From positions 744,001 through 808,000 of the forward strand of contig NW_027251299.1 in the NCBI RefSeq assembly GCF_044704955.1: a DNA stretch of 64,000 nucleotides. Direction: 5' to 3'. Source of the stretch: Pristiophorus japonicus (lineage: Eukaryota). How positions within the stretch are numbered: the stretch's first letter is position 1; each line of letters starts with the position of its first letter. The notes below the pieces were generated by a model, which made no database searches, was not told the origin of the DNA, and saw only the letters and a list, made by a program, of their open reading frames with translations. Below are positions 61,387-64,000 of this stretch, piece after piece. The position numbers were made by a program, and so were the translations under genes.

Positions 61387-61778
61387 TCATTGACAAGCAT
61401 TGACGGTGTCCATCAGACCAAGAGAAATGTTCACAAAACTGGGTTTACCGCTGGATTTATTGACTGTTCTGATGATGGTCTTCAAGGGGATGGCTTCATG
61501 TCCTACCACACAGGAGTAAGAAGCACCGCTGGCCCACTCCTCGGCTGCAATGGATAACAGGCTGTACGTGAAGAAAGAACTGCTGCTGTTCTCCGTCTTC
61601 ACCTCGGTGTTCGTGTAGTTGCCCGAATTCACCGGCTTGTCATTGACGGTCCACTTGACGAAGATCTCTCGCGGGGAGAAAGCTCTCACTAAGCAGGTGA
61701 GGCTGACCAACCTCTGAGCGGAGATTTCTTCTGCCGAGGGCAGGAGGACAGACACGGCCGGTTCCCGCGGATCTTTAG
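61387..61778 (-). CDS. IGHM: IgM heavy chain CH4 plus secretory tail
   Basis: C1-set domain [24 protein letters not shown]; tail [20 protein letters not shown] with sequon and penultimate Cys; ctgcag acceptor; internal G|GTAAA donor at 61447-61448 for the membrane form; closely resembles elasmobranch C-mu4. Confidence 0.95.
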
Positions 61779-62294
61779 CTGCAGATCAATTACAATAAAG
61801 ATCAATAAACTGGAGACTTCCAGAGACAATGACACCGGTGGTTAAATGCGCGAGATATGTGGTTTGCGCTGAATTTTAAAGGATTCCCTTTTTCGCCTCT
61901 GTGGCCTGTCCAGTTTTTCAGCCCAGAACAGAATGGAATAAAATCCTTCTCTCTGGGAGCTTGAAGAGTTGTACTGGAAAATTACATAGGATTCACTGCT
62001 AGGAACCAGGCCATTCGGTCAACTGATTTATACCAACTTTTATGCTCCACACGAACCTTCTCCCAGCTCACCATCTAAACCACGTAACATGTCCTTCTAT
62101 TGCTTTCTCCCTCCTGCAATTATCTAACTTCCCCTTAAATGCATCATCCCATATCCCAGAGTATTTAGTTCGTGGGATTACCATTTGAATTATCAAAGTA
62201 ATCTATTAATATACTTATTAGAACGAATTGGCCCATGCACAAGCACCAGGAATAGTCACAGCCTCTCACGTGTTACTACAATCACGCCACTCAC

Positions 62295-62600
62295 CCATTT
62301 CCTTGTGGATGGAACCTCTGATCGGAGTGTGCATATCCCGATGGCTCGCCACGCAGTCAAACACATCCCCACTCAGCCAGTCTTGTGTCGAGATGTCTAA
62401 CTTGCTGATCACACTGTCGCCCTCTCCCGGTTCACCGTGATTCCCTGGTTTCAAAATGTCCTTTTTTCGCTCCCAGGACACGGTGACTCCAAAAGGAGCA
62501 TTCGACACGATGCAGATTAAGGTCACTGTCGCCTCCATTAAGACCTGCTCGAGTGAGGGCGGCGAAAGAGTGATTTTTGGATCGTTGCACGAGGAATCTT
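62295..62600 (-). CDS. IGHM: IgM heavy chain CH3 exon
   Basis: [50 protein letters not shown]; 306 nt, phase 1/1, gtgagt donor. Confidence 0.93.
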
Positions 62601-63299
62601 CTGTGAAGCAGAAATGAAAGTCAAGCAAAGCTTCATCTCCAGAGTCAGGATAGCAGCATTCTGCTTAACTCCCAAAAGTAGAATAAATCACCTTTGAGAT
62701 ATTAACCTCTCGTTGTTGCTTAACAACCATCATTATTGGAAGGACAACGAATTGGCAACCATCCCGGGAGACGCTTTAACATTTCCTGTGTATTTGCACC
62801 CTGAGCCACCTGTGATCGGCTGTGAGGCAAAGACCCGGCATAAAACATTGAATAAAGTTGGGTGCAATTGTGTTATGCACTGAATAACGCTCGTCCCGAA
62901 AATCCTTGCTCCTTTTCTGCCCGAACGCATTTGCGCTCAGTATAATGGCTCCACCCCCAGGATGAAGAGCTCAACATGGAAATTACACTGGTTCAAAACG
63001 AGTGTCAAATCAAATCCAGGATTATAGTTGCAACAGGAAACAAAGTTAATTTTCTGGTGTCTTGTGATTTTGGGGTTGATGAAAATGTGCAGGAACGAGT
63101 AGCCCCCCGCCCCTCCCCCCTCCCCCGGCAGTGCTGAAGTAAAAGGTCGTGGGGAGGGAATTTCAAGGGGTCTTTTGTCATAGGGAATAAATTGCAATAC
63201 TGATGTGAAGTAGTTTTTTTAAAATTTCTGTCATTAGTGAGCTTTTATCATGTCTAGTGAGAGAGAGTAAGGAGGGAATATAACCGCAGGACAGTAATA

Positions 63300-63850
63300 G
63301 TGTCATAGGAACAGGAGAAGTCCATTCAGCCCATCCATCCTGTTCTGCCATTCAATCAGATCATGGCTGATATCTACCTCAACATCATCTACCCGCTTTG
63401 GTTGTACAACCCTTTACACCCTTGCCTAACAAAGATCTATCAATCTCAGTTTTGACATGTTCAATTGACCCCTACCCTCAACAGCTTTGGGAGGCCGGGG
63501 GTGGGGGGGAGAGAGTTCCAGATGTACACGAGACTTTGTGTGAAATTATCCTTCCTGACATTACCCCTGAATGGTGTAGATCTACTTTTAAGGTTCTGTC
63601 CCTGGTTCTGAAGTACCGCACCAGAGGAAATATTTTCTCGCTATCTACCACATCAGTTCCATTTATCAACGTAAACACCTCAATTACATCGCCTCTTCAC
63701 ATTCTACACAAAGGAATACAAGCCTAACCCGTCCTCATCATTTATCCGTTTTAGCCCGGTATCATTCGGGTGAATTTGCGTTGCACCCGCTCGAAAGCCA
63801 GTTTATCCATCCTGCGGTGTGGTGCCCAGAACTGAATGCTGTGTTCTAAA
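63300..63850 (-). mobile_element. Old CR1 LINE 3' fragment in the intron upstream of CH3
   Basis: Decayed C-terminal ORF2 (KIFPLV..RTR) and 3' end. Confidence 0.7.
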
Positions 63851-64000
63851 AAGGCAGATCATAAAATCATAGATATTTTCAGCATGGAAAGAGGCAATTT
63901 TGGCCCATCGTGTCCGCGCCGGCCAAACAAGAGCAATCCAGCCTAATCCCACTTTCCAGCTCTTGCTCCGTAGCCCTGTAGGTTCATTGCATATCCAATA

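Noticed and set aside
61387-62600. IgW or IgNAR assignment
   Set aside because: CH3, CH4, tail and TM sequences fit elasmobranch IgM better
62640-64000. IgM CH2 exon
   Set aside because: No C1-set frame found; it presumably lies beyond the window

Overview
Repeat-dense vertebrate genomic DNA, almost certainly from a cartilaginous fish (shark or ray), judged from the elasmobranch-type IgM sequence, the GPR139-like receptor and the repeat families. The right end holds the 3' half of an IgM heavy-chain cluster on the minus strand: CH3, CH4 plus secretory tail, TM1 and TM2, with all splice phases compatible. About 25 kb downstream lies a two-exon GPR139/142-like class A GPCR gene (exon 1 32459-32639, exon 2 25657-26558, 360 aa). 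A 5.2-kb segmental duplication created a second intact exon 2 (6613-7514) that has no exon 1 of its own, and its differences cluster in extracellular loop 2. Between the two copies are 67-bp satellite arrays, two decayed Ig-domain-like exons, an LTR-like insertion and a C2H2 zinc-finger pseudogene split by CR1 LINEs. The rest is CR1, RTE and Tx1 LINEs, a SINE, a decayed Gypsy element, mini- and microsatellites and N gaps. The best leads are: (1) a shared exon 1 with alternative terminal exons for the GPCR, next to an IgM cluster; (2) a Tx1 inserted bluntly into a CR1, with a 3' end resembling its target; (3) a minimal hammerhead-like motif. All counts were made by eye and no searches were run. 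Most short ORFs in the supplied track are repeat artefacts.
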